Virus record (IMG/VR): IMGVR_UViG_3300048611_000148
Coordinates: 1 to 26,270 of that record
Origin: a virus
Taxonomy: Duplodnaviria; Caudoviricetes
Strand: one strand, 5' to 3'
DNA: 26,270 bases
In this document: positions 15,909 through 25,341 of the stretch, in pieces
Layout: the number at the start of each line of letters is the position of its first letter
How positions within the stretch are numbered: the stretch's first letter is position 1
Translations under genes and position numbers: made by a program
Notes under the pieces: model-generated
What the model was told of the DNA's origin: nothing
Seen by the model: the letters and a program-made list of their open reading frames with translations, nothing else
The model's database searches: none

Positions 15909-17504
15909 GTGGCACAGCTTCTCGATGACCTGCTCGGCCGGCTGAATTCGCTGCCGGCCAAGACGAAGGAACAGGTTGTCAGGGACGCGCTCGCGGCCAC
16001 GCAGGGCATGAAGTGGATTCCCTCGCCCGGCCCGCAAACCGATGCGTACTTCAGCAAGGCGGATTGCCTGCTGTTCGGTGGTGAACCGGGCGGTGGAAAG
16101 AGTCAACTGATACTGGGCCTCGCATTCAACGAGCATGAGCGCTCGCTGATCATGCGGCGCCAGTACGGTGATCTGAATCGACTGGTGGATGACGCGCTGA
16201 AGATTCACGGGTCACGTGATGGCTTCAACGGCTCACCACCCCCAAAGCTGAGAATCAGCGACACACAGATCATCGACTTTGCCGCCGCTCACCGTGTGGG
16301 TGATGAGCAAGGCCAGATGGGCAAAGGCCGTGACCTGCTGGGCATCGACGAAGCCACGCACTTCGCCGAGCAGCAGATTCGCTTCTTGATGGGCTGGAAT
16401 CGCACGGACACACCCGGGCAGCGCGTTCGTACGGTACTGGCCACCAATCCGCCGCTCACAGCCGAGGGCCTGTGGGTGAACAAGATGTTCGCGCCCTGGC
16501 TGGACCCAAAGTATCCGTATCCCGCCAAGCCCGGTGAATTGCGCTGGGTGATCTCGGATGCCGATGGGGATGACCTGTGGGTCGAAGGGCCAGGAGATCA
16601 CCGCGAGATCAACGGCAAGATTCATCGCCCCACGTCACGGACGTATATCCCGTCCAAGGTCAGCGACAACCCGTATTACGCGGCGACGGACTACGAGCGG
16701 CAGTTGGATGCGATGCCAGAGCCGTATCGCTCGCTGCTCATGGGTGGATTTAGGACCACGTTCAAGGATGCCGAGAACCAGGTCATCCCCACGGCTTGGA
16801 TTGAGATGGCCAAGACCCGATGGGCGGCGGGCCGGGCATCCATCGTCCCGATGTGCACCATGGGCGTCGATGCCTCCGGTGGTGGTGCCGACCCGATGAT
16901 CATCGCCAATCGGTATGACGGCTGGTACGACACGCTCATTGAGGTGCCCGGCAAGGAAATACCAGTCGATCGTATCGGCCCGTATTGCGCGGGAATCGTG
17001 GTTGGACATCGACGCGATGGCGCCCTGGTAATTGTGGATATGGGCGGTGGCTACGGCGGCTCACTGCATGATCACCTCAAGGGCAATGACGTCGAGGTGT
17101 TCGGCTACAAAGGCGCGGAGAGGTGCACGCGTCGCAGTCGCGACGGGCGGTACAAATTCACGAACACGCGCTCAGCCGCTCATTGGACGTTTCGAGAGGC
17201 GCTTGATCCCGCGCAAGAAGGTGGGTCGCCCATTGCCTTGCCCGATGACCCAAAGCTCGTGGCTGATTTGACGGCAGCTACTTTCGAGGTGGTCGCCAAC
17301 GGCATCAAGGTCGAATCGAAAGAGGATGTTTGTGATCGCCTGGGCCGCTCCACGGATCGCGGTGACGCCGTGATTATGGCGTGGTGGGCCGGAGCAAGAG
17401 CGCTGACCCACGCGCAAATCTGGACCAAAGAGCAGGGCCGTGGTCAACGCACCCCGCAAGTGAACTACGGGCCGCGTCGGCCCAATGGAATGAGGAAGCA
17501 TTGA
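15909..17504 (+). CDS. Terminase large subunit
   Basis: Walker A GGEPGGGKS, Walker B LGIDEATHF, motif III ATNPP, nuclease GVDASGGGAD and STDRGDA. Confidence 0.95.
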   Translation: MAQLLDDLLGRLNSLPAKTKEQVVRDALAATQGMKWIPSPGPQTDAYFSKADCLLFGGEPGGGKSQLILGLAFNEHERSLIMRRQYGDLNRLVDDALKIHGSRDGFNGSPPPKLRISDTQIIDFAAAHRVGDEQGQMGKGRDLLGIDEATHFAEQQIRFLMGWNRTDTPGQRVRTVLATNPPLTAEGLWVNKMFAPWLDPKYPYPAKPGELRWVISDADGDDLWVEGPGDHREINGKIHRPTSRTYIPSKVSDNPYYAATDYERQLDAMPEPYRSLLMGGFRTTFKDAENQVIPTAWIEMAKTRWAAGRASIVPMCTMGVDASGGGADPMIIANRYDGWYDTLIEVPGKEIPVDRIGPYCAGIVVGHRRDGALVIVDMGGGYGGSLHDHLKGNDVEVFGYKGAERCTRRSRDGRYKFTNTRSAAHWTFREALDPAQEGGSPIALPDDPKLVADLTAATFEVVANGIKVESKEDVCDRLGRSTDRGDAVIMAWWAGARALTHAQIWTKEQGRGQRTPQVNYGPRRPNGMRKH

Positions 17505-17764
17505 TGACCGGTATCCACAAGACGATCAAGAAAATCATTCCGAAAGAGGCACGCACGCCGCTCGACCGCAAGATTGGCGAAGAGAACATTAAGACGCATG
17601 AGAGCCTGAGCCGGTCCCTCAGCCCCGAAATGCCCGAGGCTGATCCTGTCATGCCAATGGCGGATGAGGAAGAGATCAAGCGCAACAAGCGCCGCACAGC
17701 ATCGGCTCGTGGCGGCGGGAGAGCATCGACGATCTTCACTGACAGTGACAGATTGGGCCCCTAA
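17504..17764 (+). CDS. Small protein preceding the portal
   Basis: TGATG coupling; GGRASTIFT..LG C-terminus typical of pre-portal podovirus genes. Confidence 0.7.
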   Translation: MTGIHKTIKKIIPKEARTPLDRKIGEENIKTHESLSRSLSPEMPEADPVMPMADEEEIKRNKRRTASARGGGRASTIFTDSDRLGP

Positions 17765-17780
17765 TGGAGTTCGCGCCATC

Positions 17781-19406
17781 ATGCTCGACGTAAAGAAGCT
17801 GATCGGCCAGGGAGATCAGCTGTTCCAAAGCCGCGGCACGCTCATGTTGCTCTGGCAGGACATCGCCGAGAATTTCTACCCGGAGCGCGCGGACTTTACC
17901 GTCAAGCGTGATATCGGCGATGACTACGCGGGCAACCTGACGACGAGCTATCCCTTGCTCGTACGTCGTGAACTGGGTGATTCGATCTCCTCCATGCTCC
18001 GTCCGCGTGGCCAAGAGTGGTTCAGCATCACGATTGATGGCCAGGACGAGGTGGATAACTCCGGCAAGGAATGGCTGCAGTGGGCATCTGGCGTGCAGAA
18101 GCGCGCGATGTACGACAAGATTTCTCAGTTCGTGCGCGCCACGAAAGAGGGCGACCACGACTTCGCCGCCTTCGGTCAGCCCGTGCTGACCGTGGAAGTG
18201 GACTGGTCCACAACCGCCTTGCTCTACCGCTGTTGGCACCTGCGCGATGTCGCGTGGTGCGAGAAATACAACGGCTCCATCGGCGACATCCATCGCAACT
18301 GGTGCCCGGATGTTCGAACTTTGGTGGCGATCTTTGGCAAGGACAAGCTGCATGCGAACGTCGCCAAGCAGCTCGAAAAGACGCCGTATAACACGATCAA
18401 GTGTCGGCACGTCGTCATTCCCAGCGACACCTACGATGGCGACAGGAAGCATCGAACGCCGTGGGTGTCGATCTACATCGACCTGGAGAACAATCACCTC
18501 ATCAGCGAGGTGGCCTCGTGGAGCCAGATTTACTGCATTCCCCGCTGGCAGACCGTCTCGGGTTCTCAGTACGCCTATTCCCCGGCGGCTGTGGCTGGAC
18601 TGCCCGACGCCCGTTTGCTTCAGGCCATGACGTTGACCTTGCTTGAGGCCGGTGAGATGGCCGTTCGTCCGCCACTACTTGCCACGAAAGAGGCGATCCG
18701 CGGTGATCTCGCCGTCTACGCGGGTGGCATCACCTGGGTGGATGCGCAGTACGACGAGCGTCTTGGTGAGGCGTTGCGACCCATTACGCAGGACAAGGCC
18801 GGACTGCCCTTTGGATTGGACGTGTCCGAAGAGAAAAAGGCCATGCTCCAGCAGGCGTTCTACCTCAACAAACTGAGCCTGCCGCCACCGGAGCGCGAAA
18901 TGACCGCGTACGAGACGGGCCAGCGCATCCAGGAGTACATCCGCAATGCGCTCCCGTTGTTCGAACCCATGGAGAACGAATACAACGGCGCGCTGTGCGA
19001 AATGACATTCGATGCGCTGATGCGCGTGAGGGCCTTTGGCCCGCCCGAGGAATTCCCGCAGTCACTCCGAGGTGAAGACGTGCGCTTCAAGTTCGAGTCC
19101 CCACTGCACCAGGCGATCGAACGGCAGAAGGGCCAGAAGTTCCTGGAGGCCAAGGGCTTGCTGCGTGAGGCAGCCGAGATTGATCCGGCATCGACAGCGA
19201 TTGTCGATGCGCGTATCGCCCTTCGTGACGCCCTCTCGGGTATCGGAATCGACGCCAAGTGGATGCGCTCCGAGGAAGCCGTGGAGGCTCAGGCACAGAA
19301 GATGGCGCAGCAGCAGGAAGCCGAGCAGGCATTGGCCATGGCTCAGCAGGGCGCGGATGTGGCGGAGACGGCGGGTAAGGCTGAACAAACGATGGTGGCA
19401 GCATGA
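17781..19406 (+). CDS. Head-to-tail connector (portal), T7/BPP-1 type
   Basis: LWQDIAE..RPRGQEWF..PRWQTVSG..YAYSP..EMTAYE..FESPL; GGAG SD before ATG 17781. Confidence 0.93.
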   Translation: MLDVKKLIGQGDQLFQSRGTLMLLWQDIAENFYPERADFTVKRDIGDDYAGNLTTSYPLLVRRELGDSISSMLRPRGQEWFSITIDGQDEVDNSGKEWLQWASGVQKRAMYDKISQFVRATKEGDHDFAAFGQPVLTVEVDWSTTALLYRCWHLRDVAWCEKYNGSIGDIHRNWCPDVRTLVAIFGKDKLHANVAKQLEKTPYNTIKCRHVVIPSDTYDGDRKHRTPWVSIYIDLENNHLISEVASWSQIYCIPRWQTVSGSQYAYSPAAVAGLPDARLLQAMTLTLLEAGEMAVRPPLLATKEAIRGDLAVYAGGITWVDAQYDERLGEALRPITQDKAGLPFGLDVSEEKKAMLQQAFYLNKLSLPPPEREMTAYETGQRIQEYIRNALPLFEPMENEYNGALCEMTFDALMRVRAFGPPEEFPQSLRGEDVRFKFESPLHQAIERQKGQKFLEAKGLLREAAEIDPASTAIVDARIALRDALSGIGIDAKWMRSEEAVEAQAQKMAQQQEAEQALAMAQQGADVAETAGKAEQTMVAA

Positions 19407-19591
19407 GCCGAGTAGTTATGGTAACCGCCATAGAGGTTGTGACCCTGCGCATTCCAAAAACGAGCCTTCGGTTCCGCGACAATCACCCGTACTACGAAGA
19501 CTGGGCGCTGGTTGATGCTAGAAGGCTGAAGCGTCAGGAGCGTCGGTACACCGCGCGATTGCGAATGCCGCGGCCTAAGCTCTTAGCATGA
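19403..19591 (+). CDS. Small hypothetical protein
   Basis: Four-base overlap upstream (ATGA) and overlap with the next start. Confidence 0.45.
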   Translation: MSRVVMVTAIEVVTLRIPKTSLRFRDNHPYYEDWALVDARRLKRQERRYTARLRMPRPKLLA

Positions 19592-19878
19592 AGAAGCCTG
19601 ACGCCTCCCCCTGGAAGCCCTTCGACTGGGAGCCCGCTGACGCTGCCGCGATTCAGGCGCTTGCCCGTGGCGAGGCGACGCCTGATCAGCAGAAGCGCGC
19701 ACTCGATTGGATCATCACCTCGGCAGGCACCTATGACCTGTCGTATCGACCGAGCAGTGACCGCGACACATGCTTTGCCGAAGGCCGGCGCTTTGTTGGC
19801 CTGCAGATTGTGACGAAATTGAAACTCAACCTTGCCGCCATCCGGCAAGCCAAATCAACACAGGAGACTGGCAAGTGA
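19588..19878 (+). CDS. Bbp19-like protein
   Basis: QQKRALDWII..DRDTCFAEGRRFVGLQI, located between portal and scaffold. Confidence 0.82.
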   Translation: MKKPDASPWKPFDWEPADAAAIQALARGEATPDQQKRALDWIITSAGTYDLSYRPSSDRDTCFAEGRRFVGLQIVTKLKLNLAAIRQAKSTQETGK

Positions 19879-20813
19879 GCGAACCGAATCCCGCACCCCC
19901 GGCTGATCCCGCAGCGAATCCCAATCCAGGCGCACCGCCGGCAGCACCGCCCGCTGTTCCGCCCAACAGCGACCCAGCCGTACCGCCACCACAAGACCCA
20001 AGCAAGCCGAGCGGCCCGACCTTCGCATCGACATGGCGCGCTGACATTTCAGGCGGTGACGAGAAGGCCACAAAGCTGCTGGAGCGGTATTCGACGCCGC
20101 AGGACTTCACCAAGGCGTATCTGGAGGCGGTCAAAAAGATCAGCTCCGGCGAACTGGCCAAACCACTGGCAAAGGACGCAACACCCGAGCAGGTCGCAGA
20201 GTGGCGCAAGGGCAATGGCATTCCCGAGAAGCCCGAAGGCTACTTCGAGAAGCTGCCGAATGGCTTGGTGATTGGCGAGGACGACAAGCCGCTGTTCGAT
20301 GCCGTCGCTCAGAAGCTGCACGCGCGCAACGTTCAGCCCGAGGTCATTCACGATCTCGCTGAGTGGTACTACGGCATGCAGAACCAGCAGATTCAGACGC
20401 AGCAGGCCGCCGATGCCGAGGCAAAGCCTGCGCTTGAGGCTTCGCTGCGCGAAGCATGGGGCGCCGACTTCAAGGCGAACGCCAATGTCTACGCGAGCTA
20501 CCTGGAGGCCGCGCCGAAGGAAGTGCAGGACGTGCTGAAGTCGGCTCGCGATGCCGAGGGCAACTTCATTCTGTACCGGCCCGAGGTTGTCTCGTGGCTC
20601 GTCTCCCAGGCACGCGAGATCAATCCGGCTGGGCACATCACGCCAGCTGGCAACGAAGGGACGGTGCAGTCGGTGCAGGCCGAGATCGACACCATTGAGA
20701 AGTTCATGCGGACCAACCGCACGGAATACAACAAGGATGAAAAGATGCAGGCGCGGGCTCGTCAGCTGTATGAAGCACGAGCCAAGCTGCAAGCCCGTGG
20801 GAGAGCGGCATAA
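19875..20813 (+). CDS. Capsid scaffolding protein
   Basis: Pro/Ala-rich N-terminus, GIPEKPEGY and LREAWGADF motifs; directly upstream of the capsid gene. Confidence 0.82.
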   Translation: MSEPNPAPPADPAANPNPGAPPAAPPAVPPNSDPAVPPPQDPSKPSGPTFASTWRADISGGDEKATKLLERYSTPQDFTKAYLEAVKKISSGELAKPLAKDATPEQVAEWRKGNGIPEKPEGYFEKLPNGLVIGEDDKPLFDAVAQKLHARNVQPEVIHDLAEWYYGMQNQQIQTQQAADAEAKPALEASLREAWGADFKANANVYASYLEAAPKEVQDVLKSARDAEGNFILYRPEVVSWLVSQAREINPAGHITPAGNEGTVQSVQAEIDTIEKFMRTNRTEYNKDEKMQARARQLYEARAKLQARGRAA

Positions 20814-20830
20814 TCAACGCCTATCGTAGG

Positions 20831-20858
20831 TTGACATTTGATAGACGTTGTGAATAAT
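20831..20858 (+). promoter_or_regulatory. Putative capsid promoter
   Basis: TTGACA-16-AATAAT. Confidence 0.5.
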
Positions 20859-20866
20859 CGAATCTG

Positions 20867-21010
20867 AGCCAAACACCGGACACCCCGAAAGGCCCCGGTC
20901 GAATGGCTAACTTGCTGTAGCAAGGCTCCGCCTCGAACAGGTAGGCCCGGCGCAACGCCGACACCCCGATCCTGATCAGCCAGCGGCAACCCCAAGCGAA
21001 GGCTTCAAAC
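20867..21010 (+). promoter_or_regulatory. Structured 5' leader of the major capsid gene
   Basis: Two hairpins share the same GACACCCC/GGCCC internal loop; GAAA tetraloop at 20887-20890. Confidence 0.6.
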
Positions 21011-21033
21011 CCTTTTGTTTTGGAGTTACCACC

Positions 21034-21879
21034 ATGGCTGTTGATGCAGCACAGGTCCAATACCGGCAAGAGTTCATTGCCGCGTTCGAACAACGTCAGT
21101 CCTTGCTGCGCGATGCAGTCACGACTGAATCCGTCATTAAAGGCAATCAGGCGACGTTCCTTGTCGCGGGCAGCGGTACCGACACCGCGGTGACTCGCGG
21201 CGTGAACGGCTTGATTCCGGCCAAAGCCGATACCGAATCGCAACTCACTGCGACCCTGGCCGAATGGCATGACTTGCGGCGCAAGACGAACTTCAACGTC
21301 TTCGCGTCCCAGGGCAACCAGCGCGCCATCATGCAGATGAACACGATGGCCGTGATCAATCGCAAGATCGACAGCGAGATTCTGACCGAACTTGCGACGG
21401 GAACGATCACCACCGGCGCAGCCGTGACAGCGTCAATGAACTTGGTCACGAAGGCCAAGACAAAGCTGGGCAATGCTGGCGTTCCCTGGGATTCGAATAT
21501 CTTTGCGGTGATCTCACCGGGCTTCGAAGGCTACTTGATGCAGATCAAGGAGTTCGCGAGCCGCGAGTACATCGGCAAGGCGCCCATGGACAACGCCGAC
21601 CCTGCATGGCGTGACCGCCCGATGATGTACTTCTGGCTGGGCATTAACTGGATCGTGCATCCCAGCGTGGCCGGCGTCGGCACGGCAAGCGAGTCGTGCT
21701 TCATGTTCCACAAGTCTGCGATCGGTCACGCAGTCGATTCGGCGGGTCTGGAATCCCCGATCGGCTACGACGACGAGCAGGCGTACTCGTGGGCGCGCTG
21801 CACGGTTCACATGGGCTCGAAACTGCTGCAAAACAGTGGCATCGTCGAGATGGTTCACGACGCTTCGGCGATCTCGTAA
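21034..21879 (+). CDS. Major capsid protein
   Basis: QYRQEFIAAFEQRQSLLR..INRKID..WLGINWIVH..FHKSAIGHA; position after the scaffold; GGAG SD. Confidence 0.92.
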   Translation: MAVDAAQVQYRQEFIAAFEQRQSLLRDAVTTESVIKGNQATFLVAGSGTDTAVTRGVNGLIPAKADTESQLTATLAEWHDLRRKTNFNVFASQGNQRAIMQMNTMAVINRKIDSEILTELATGTITTGAAVTASMNLVTKAKTKLGNAGVPWDSNIFAVISPGFEGYLMQIKEFASREYIGKAPMDNADPAWRDRPMMYFWLGINWIVHPSVAGVGTASESCFMFHKSAIGHAVDSAGLESPIGYDDEQAYSWARCTVHMGSKLLQNSGIVEMVHDASAIS

Positions 21880-21892
21880 GGAGGAATGAGAC

Positions 21893-22177
21893 ATGGCTTA
21901 TTCAACTGACAATCCTCCGGCATTGCTGGTTGGCAGCTTGCAGGGCTTGGCTCCGCAGATCTGGATCTACCGATCCACGGATGCTGCGGCGACGGTCGAC
22001 GCTGCGAACTACATCACCAACGGCGGCTCCCTTGGCTTGAAGGTGGGTGATCTGGTGTATGTCGTCGATACTGACGCATCACCGGTCATCACGACCTTGC
22101 ATCAGGTGAGCGCAACCGGCGATGGCACGACCGACTTGAACGACCTGACGACCATTACCCAGACCGATTCGGACTAA
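21893..22177 (+). CDS. Capsid cement/decoration protein
   Basis: Strong AAGGAGG SD; lies between the capsid gene and a terminator; DAAATVDAANYITNG..LGLKVGDLV. Confidence 0.7.
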   Translation: MAYSTDNPPALLVGSLQGLAPQIWIYRSTDAAATVDAANYITNGGSLGLKVGDLVYVVDTDASPVITTLHQVSATGDGTTDLNDLTTITQTDSD

Positions 22178-22199
22178 CGAACGTTTGGGGATCAACCGG

Positions 22200-22230
22200 A
22201 AAGGGCTGCACAAGGCAGCCCTTTTCATTT
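22200..22230 (+). terminator. Intrinsic terminator after the capsid genes
   Basis: AAAGGGCTGC-ACAAG-GCAGCCCTTT followed by TCATTT. Confidence 0.85.
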
Positions 22231-22251
22231 CTGCAACACAGGAGACTGGCA

Positions 22252-22677
22252 ATGACGCAACTCGCAACCGATCGAATTCAGCTCGCGGAACACATGCGCA
22301 ATGTTTGGTATGTGACGCCGGAGTACGGTACGCCCGTCGAGGCGTTGCTCGAGCCGCAGTTCTGGGCGCACGTGTCGGCGAAGATGAGGCCGCGCGATCG
22401 AATCGAAGTGGACGCCGAGGACGGCAGTTACTTTGTCGAACTGCGGGTGGAAGACGCGGGCCGGCTGTTTGCCAAGGTCGTGGTTTTGCGTCGCGTTGAT
22501 CTTGTCGTCGCTGAGGCTGTCGAGCAACTGCCTGACTACAAAGTCATGTGGGCGGGCCCGCATGCCAAGTGGCGCATTGTGCGCGCAGTGGATAAGGGAC
22601 TGGTCAAGGATGGGCTTGAGACACGCCAGGCGGCCGAACTGTATCTGACCAGCCATGTGAAGGCGATGGCTGCCTGA
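22252..22677 (+). CDS. Conserved hypothetical podovirus protein
   Basis: AGGAG SD; PQFWAHV..DRIEV..WAGPHAKW. Confidence 0.75.
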   Translation: MTQLATDRIQLAEHMRNVWYVTPEYGTPVEALLEPQFWAHVSAKMRPRDRIEVDAEDGSYFVELRVEDAGRLFAKVVVLRRVDLVVAEAVEQLPDYKVMWAGPHAKWRIVRAVDKGLVKDGLETRQAAELYLTSHVKAMAA

Positions 22678-23201
22678 TGTCGCCATTCTACAAGAGCGTT
22701 CTCGATGCCCTTGGCGTCGAGGCGCTTCTCAATGATCTGCTGCTGAGCGGTGAGCTAAGGAAGTGTTTTGCCGCCAAGCCATGGGCGTTTGCGGTCCGTG
22801 GGGGCGAGATCAATAGCGATCCGCGGTGGGCGCCAGAATTCGGGTATCGCTACGTTCTCAAGAAGCCCAAGGACTGGGTGACGACGGTTAGCCTATCGAG
22901 CAACGGCGAACCGGTCCGTCACTTCAATGACGAGCCGGAGTTCATCTACTGCGATGTCTCCGTGCTGGATGCCGAGTGGATCTCTGAGGATGCGGCCTGG
23001 ACGCCAGAGTTCACGAACTACGTTCACGCGTACTTCGCCGCAAAGGTGTCCGTCGCGCTCTCTGCAAAGACTGCCACGCTGCAAACTAAGCTGGGTCCGA
23101 TTGCGGCCAGTGCTCCCACGGTCGCGGCCCAGACACCAGTACAGCAGCGCGCTGGCACATTTCGAAGTGACGGCGGTAGTGGAGCGAGGCTGATCGGATG
23201 A
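22677..23201 (+). CDS. Diverged tail tubular protein A paralog
   Basis: PWAFA..PEFGYRY..KPKDWV..FTNYV..AAKV..RLIG aligns with 25342-25980. Confidence 0.75.
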   Translation: MSPFYKSVLDALGVEALLNDLLLSGELRKCFAAKPWAFAVRGGEINSDPRWAPEFGYRYVLKKPKDWVTTVSLSSNGEPVRHFNDEPEFIYCDVSVLDAEWISEDAAWTPEFTNYVHAYFAAKVSVALSAKTATLQTKLGPIAASAPTVAAQTPVQQRAGTFRSDGGSGARLIG

Positions 23202-25312
23202 TCCCCACACGCCACCACCTAATGCTTCCGGATGATGCCTCGCATGAAGTGAGGCACGTTCTGCGATACGGCTCTAACACTGTTCCAGGTGTCACTGACA
23301 TGACTGCAGCCGCTCAGGCTGCTATCGATGCGTTGCCCACCGGTGGCGGGGAAGTCGTCGTTCCGAACGAAACGCTTCTGGTGACAAGCGTTAATCTCGC
23401 TGGCTCTGACAATGACAAGAGCAATGTCACCCTGAGAGGCGAGGGTCTGTCGAGTTGGATTAAGCAGGCCGGCACTGCCCGCGCGAGCAATGTCCCAGGC
23501 GGGGACACGACGCAATCACCGAACGTGCTGTATGCGTATTACGGCAGCGGCTTCCGTGTTGCCAGCCTGCGCCTCAGCGGCAACAAAGATACTGGCGGAG
23601 TCAAGCCGACGCAGGCCGCGGCTTGGGCGGGAAACACGGTATACACCTATGATGCGGGATCTCCGACATACCGCCAAACGCAGGAAGGCGGGACGGCCAT
23701 TGTCAGCGAGGCGGCCACGGACAAGGTGTGGCGACTGTTGGTCAGTCACACGTCGGACGCTACCGATATCGATGTCGATGTCGCGCTTGGCCGCTGGGAG
23801 CAAGTGACGAACTTTGCGGCCCTGAACGGCTACTACTACGACGAGTCATTCAATCGCGGCATGTGTGTGTACTTCGGCGGCCCCAATGGTGGTTCGGAAG
23901 TCACGGATGTCACGATTGAAAGCTGCCGGATAGAGGGCGCGTACTACGCCAATGTTCTGTGCGGGAGCGGGCCGGAGAAGACCGGATTGGTCGGGGCAGG
24001 CTGTCGCAATGGCCGCGTGATCGGCTGTTCGATAGACAATTCAAGCGCGGGTATCGGTGGGCTACTACGCCATGACTTCGAGATTACCGGCAACACGATT
24101 ACTGGCGTGACGGGCAACGGCATCAACTGTGACCGAGACGGATCCAATCAGGTCATCTCGGCCAACACGATCATAGGTCACGCGACGGAAGCCGGTCGAA
24201 ATGGCATCAGTTCGTATCGCTCCGATCACATCGTCGTCACCGGGAATTACATTGCCAACTTCGGCAATGCTGGCATCAATTTCCAGGATCAGAGCAATGC
24301 CGCCGACCTGGCAGGCATCATCTCCAGCAATACGATTGTGGATTGCGGCCAGGTCGCCACGGACTCTGGTCAAGGCAATACCGGGATCGTGGTGGGCTCC
24401 AGCGACCACGTACCGATCACCGGCAATCACATCCGAAACCCGCACTTCAACGGCATCAAGGTTAGCGACTCGAATGGTGTCAGTGTCGTTGGTAACACGG
24501 TGTACGAGGCCGGGGCTTTCGGCATCAACTTTGAGGACTGCGTGGGATTTACCTGCACCGGTAACACGGCGCGGTTATCCGGTCGCGACAACTTCTATTT
24601 CGAGGGCGCGCGACTCGGTACGATCAGCGGCAACGTCGGCATCGATGGCAACACCGATGACAGTGCAACGCTGTACAGCGGCTTTCGTATCGGTCCATTC
24701 GGGGCTACCGAGAGCAACAACATTACGGTTGTTGGAAATTTCGCCTCGGATACGCGCACACCCAAACAGCAGCATTACGGGCTGAACATCGAGAGCGCGA
24801 GCGTTGGTATCACGGTACTCGGGAATGACTTCACGACAAACCTCACCGGTGACATTCTCAGCAATGGTACGAACTGCCAGATTGGCTTCAACAATCAGGG
24901 CGGCACGGGGAGCTGGAGAACCCGGTCCAGCATCACGCCATACAGCGATCTGGGTCAGACGCTTGGCGCGAGCACGCTGCGCTGGGCGAATATCTTTGGG
25001 AACAAGCTGACGGTGGCGGAGGGAATTTCACTGCCATCCGCCATCACCGGTCACTCGCAATTGTTCTATCACACGGCAGGGGCCGAGCTTTCCATGATGC
25101 TCGCCTCCGGTATCGTGAAGCGCCTGAGCGGGCATGAGTCGGACACCGCCGCCAACATCGCGTCCGTTGCCGCGACAATCAATACGGCGAACAAGTACGC
25201 GAACAAGCTCGCGTGGGACGCCACGAATAACCGGATGCTTCGAGCGAGCGGATCAGCGGCCGCCGATCCTTGGCATGTCGTGGACGGCTCGGCCACGGTG
25301 ACGCCGGCATGA
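23198..25312 (+). CDS. Tailspike/depolymerase with right-handed parallel beta-helix
   Basis: DMTAAAQAAIDAL..GGEVVVP cap; many (I/V)xGNxI..GI repeats. Confidence 0.85.
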   Translation: MIPTRHHLMLPDDASHEVRHVLRYGSNTVPGVTDMTAAAQAAIDALPTGGGEVVVPNETLLVTSVNLAGSDNDKSNVTLRGEGLSSWIKQAGTARASNVPGGDTTQSPNVLYAYYGSGFRVASLRLSGNKDTGGVKPTQAAAWAGNTVYTYDAGSPTYRQTQEGGTAIVSEAATDKVWRLLVSHTSDATDIDVDVALGRWEQVTNFAALNGYYYDESFNRGMCVYFGGPNGGSEVTDVTIESCRIEGAYYANVLCGSGPEKTGLVGAGCRNGRVIGCSIDNSSAGIGGLLRHDFEITGNTITGVTGNGINCDRDGSNQVISANTIIGHATEAGRNGISSYRSDHIVVTGNYIANFGNAGINFQDQSNAADLAGIISSNTIVDCGQVATDSGQGNTGIVVGSSDHVPITGNHIRNPHFNGIKVSDSNGVSVVGNTVYEAGAFGINFEDCVGFTCTGNTARLSGRDNFYFEGARLGTISGNVGIDGNTDDSATLYSGFRIGPFGATESNNITVVGNFASDTRTPKQQHYGLNIESASVGITVLGNDFTTNLTGDILSNGTNCQIGFNNQGGTGSWRTRSSITPYSDLGQTLGASTLRWANIFGNKLTVAEGISLPSAITGHSQLFYHTAGAELSMMLASGIVKRLSGHESDTAANIASVAATINTANKYANKLAWDATNNRMLRASGSAAADPWHVVDGSATVTPA

Positions 25313-25341
25313 TCCCGGAACGCAGCCAACTGAGCAGGTAG

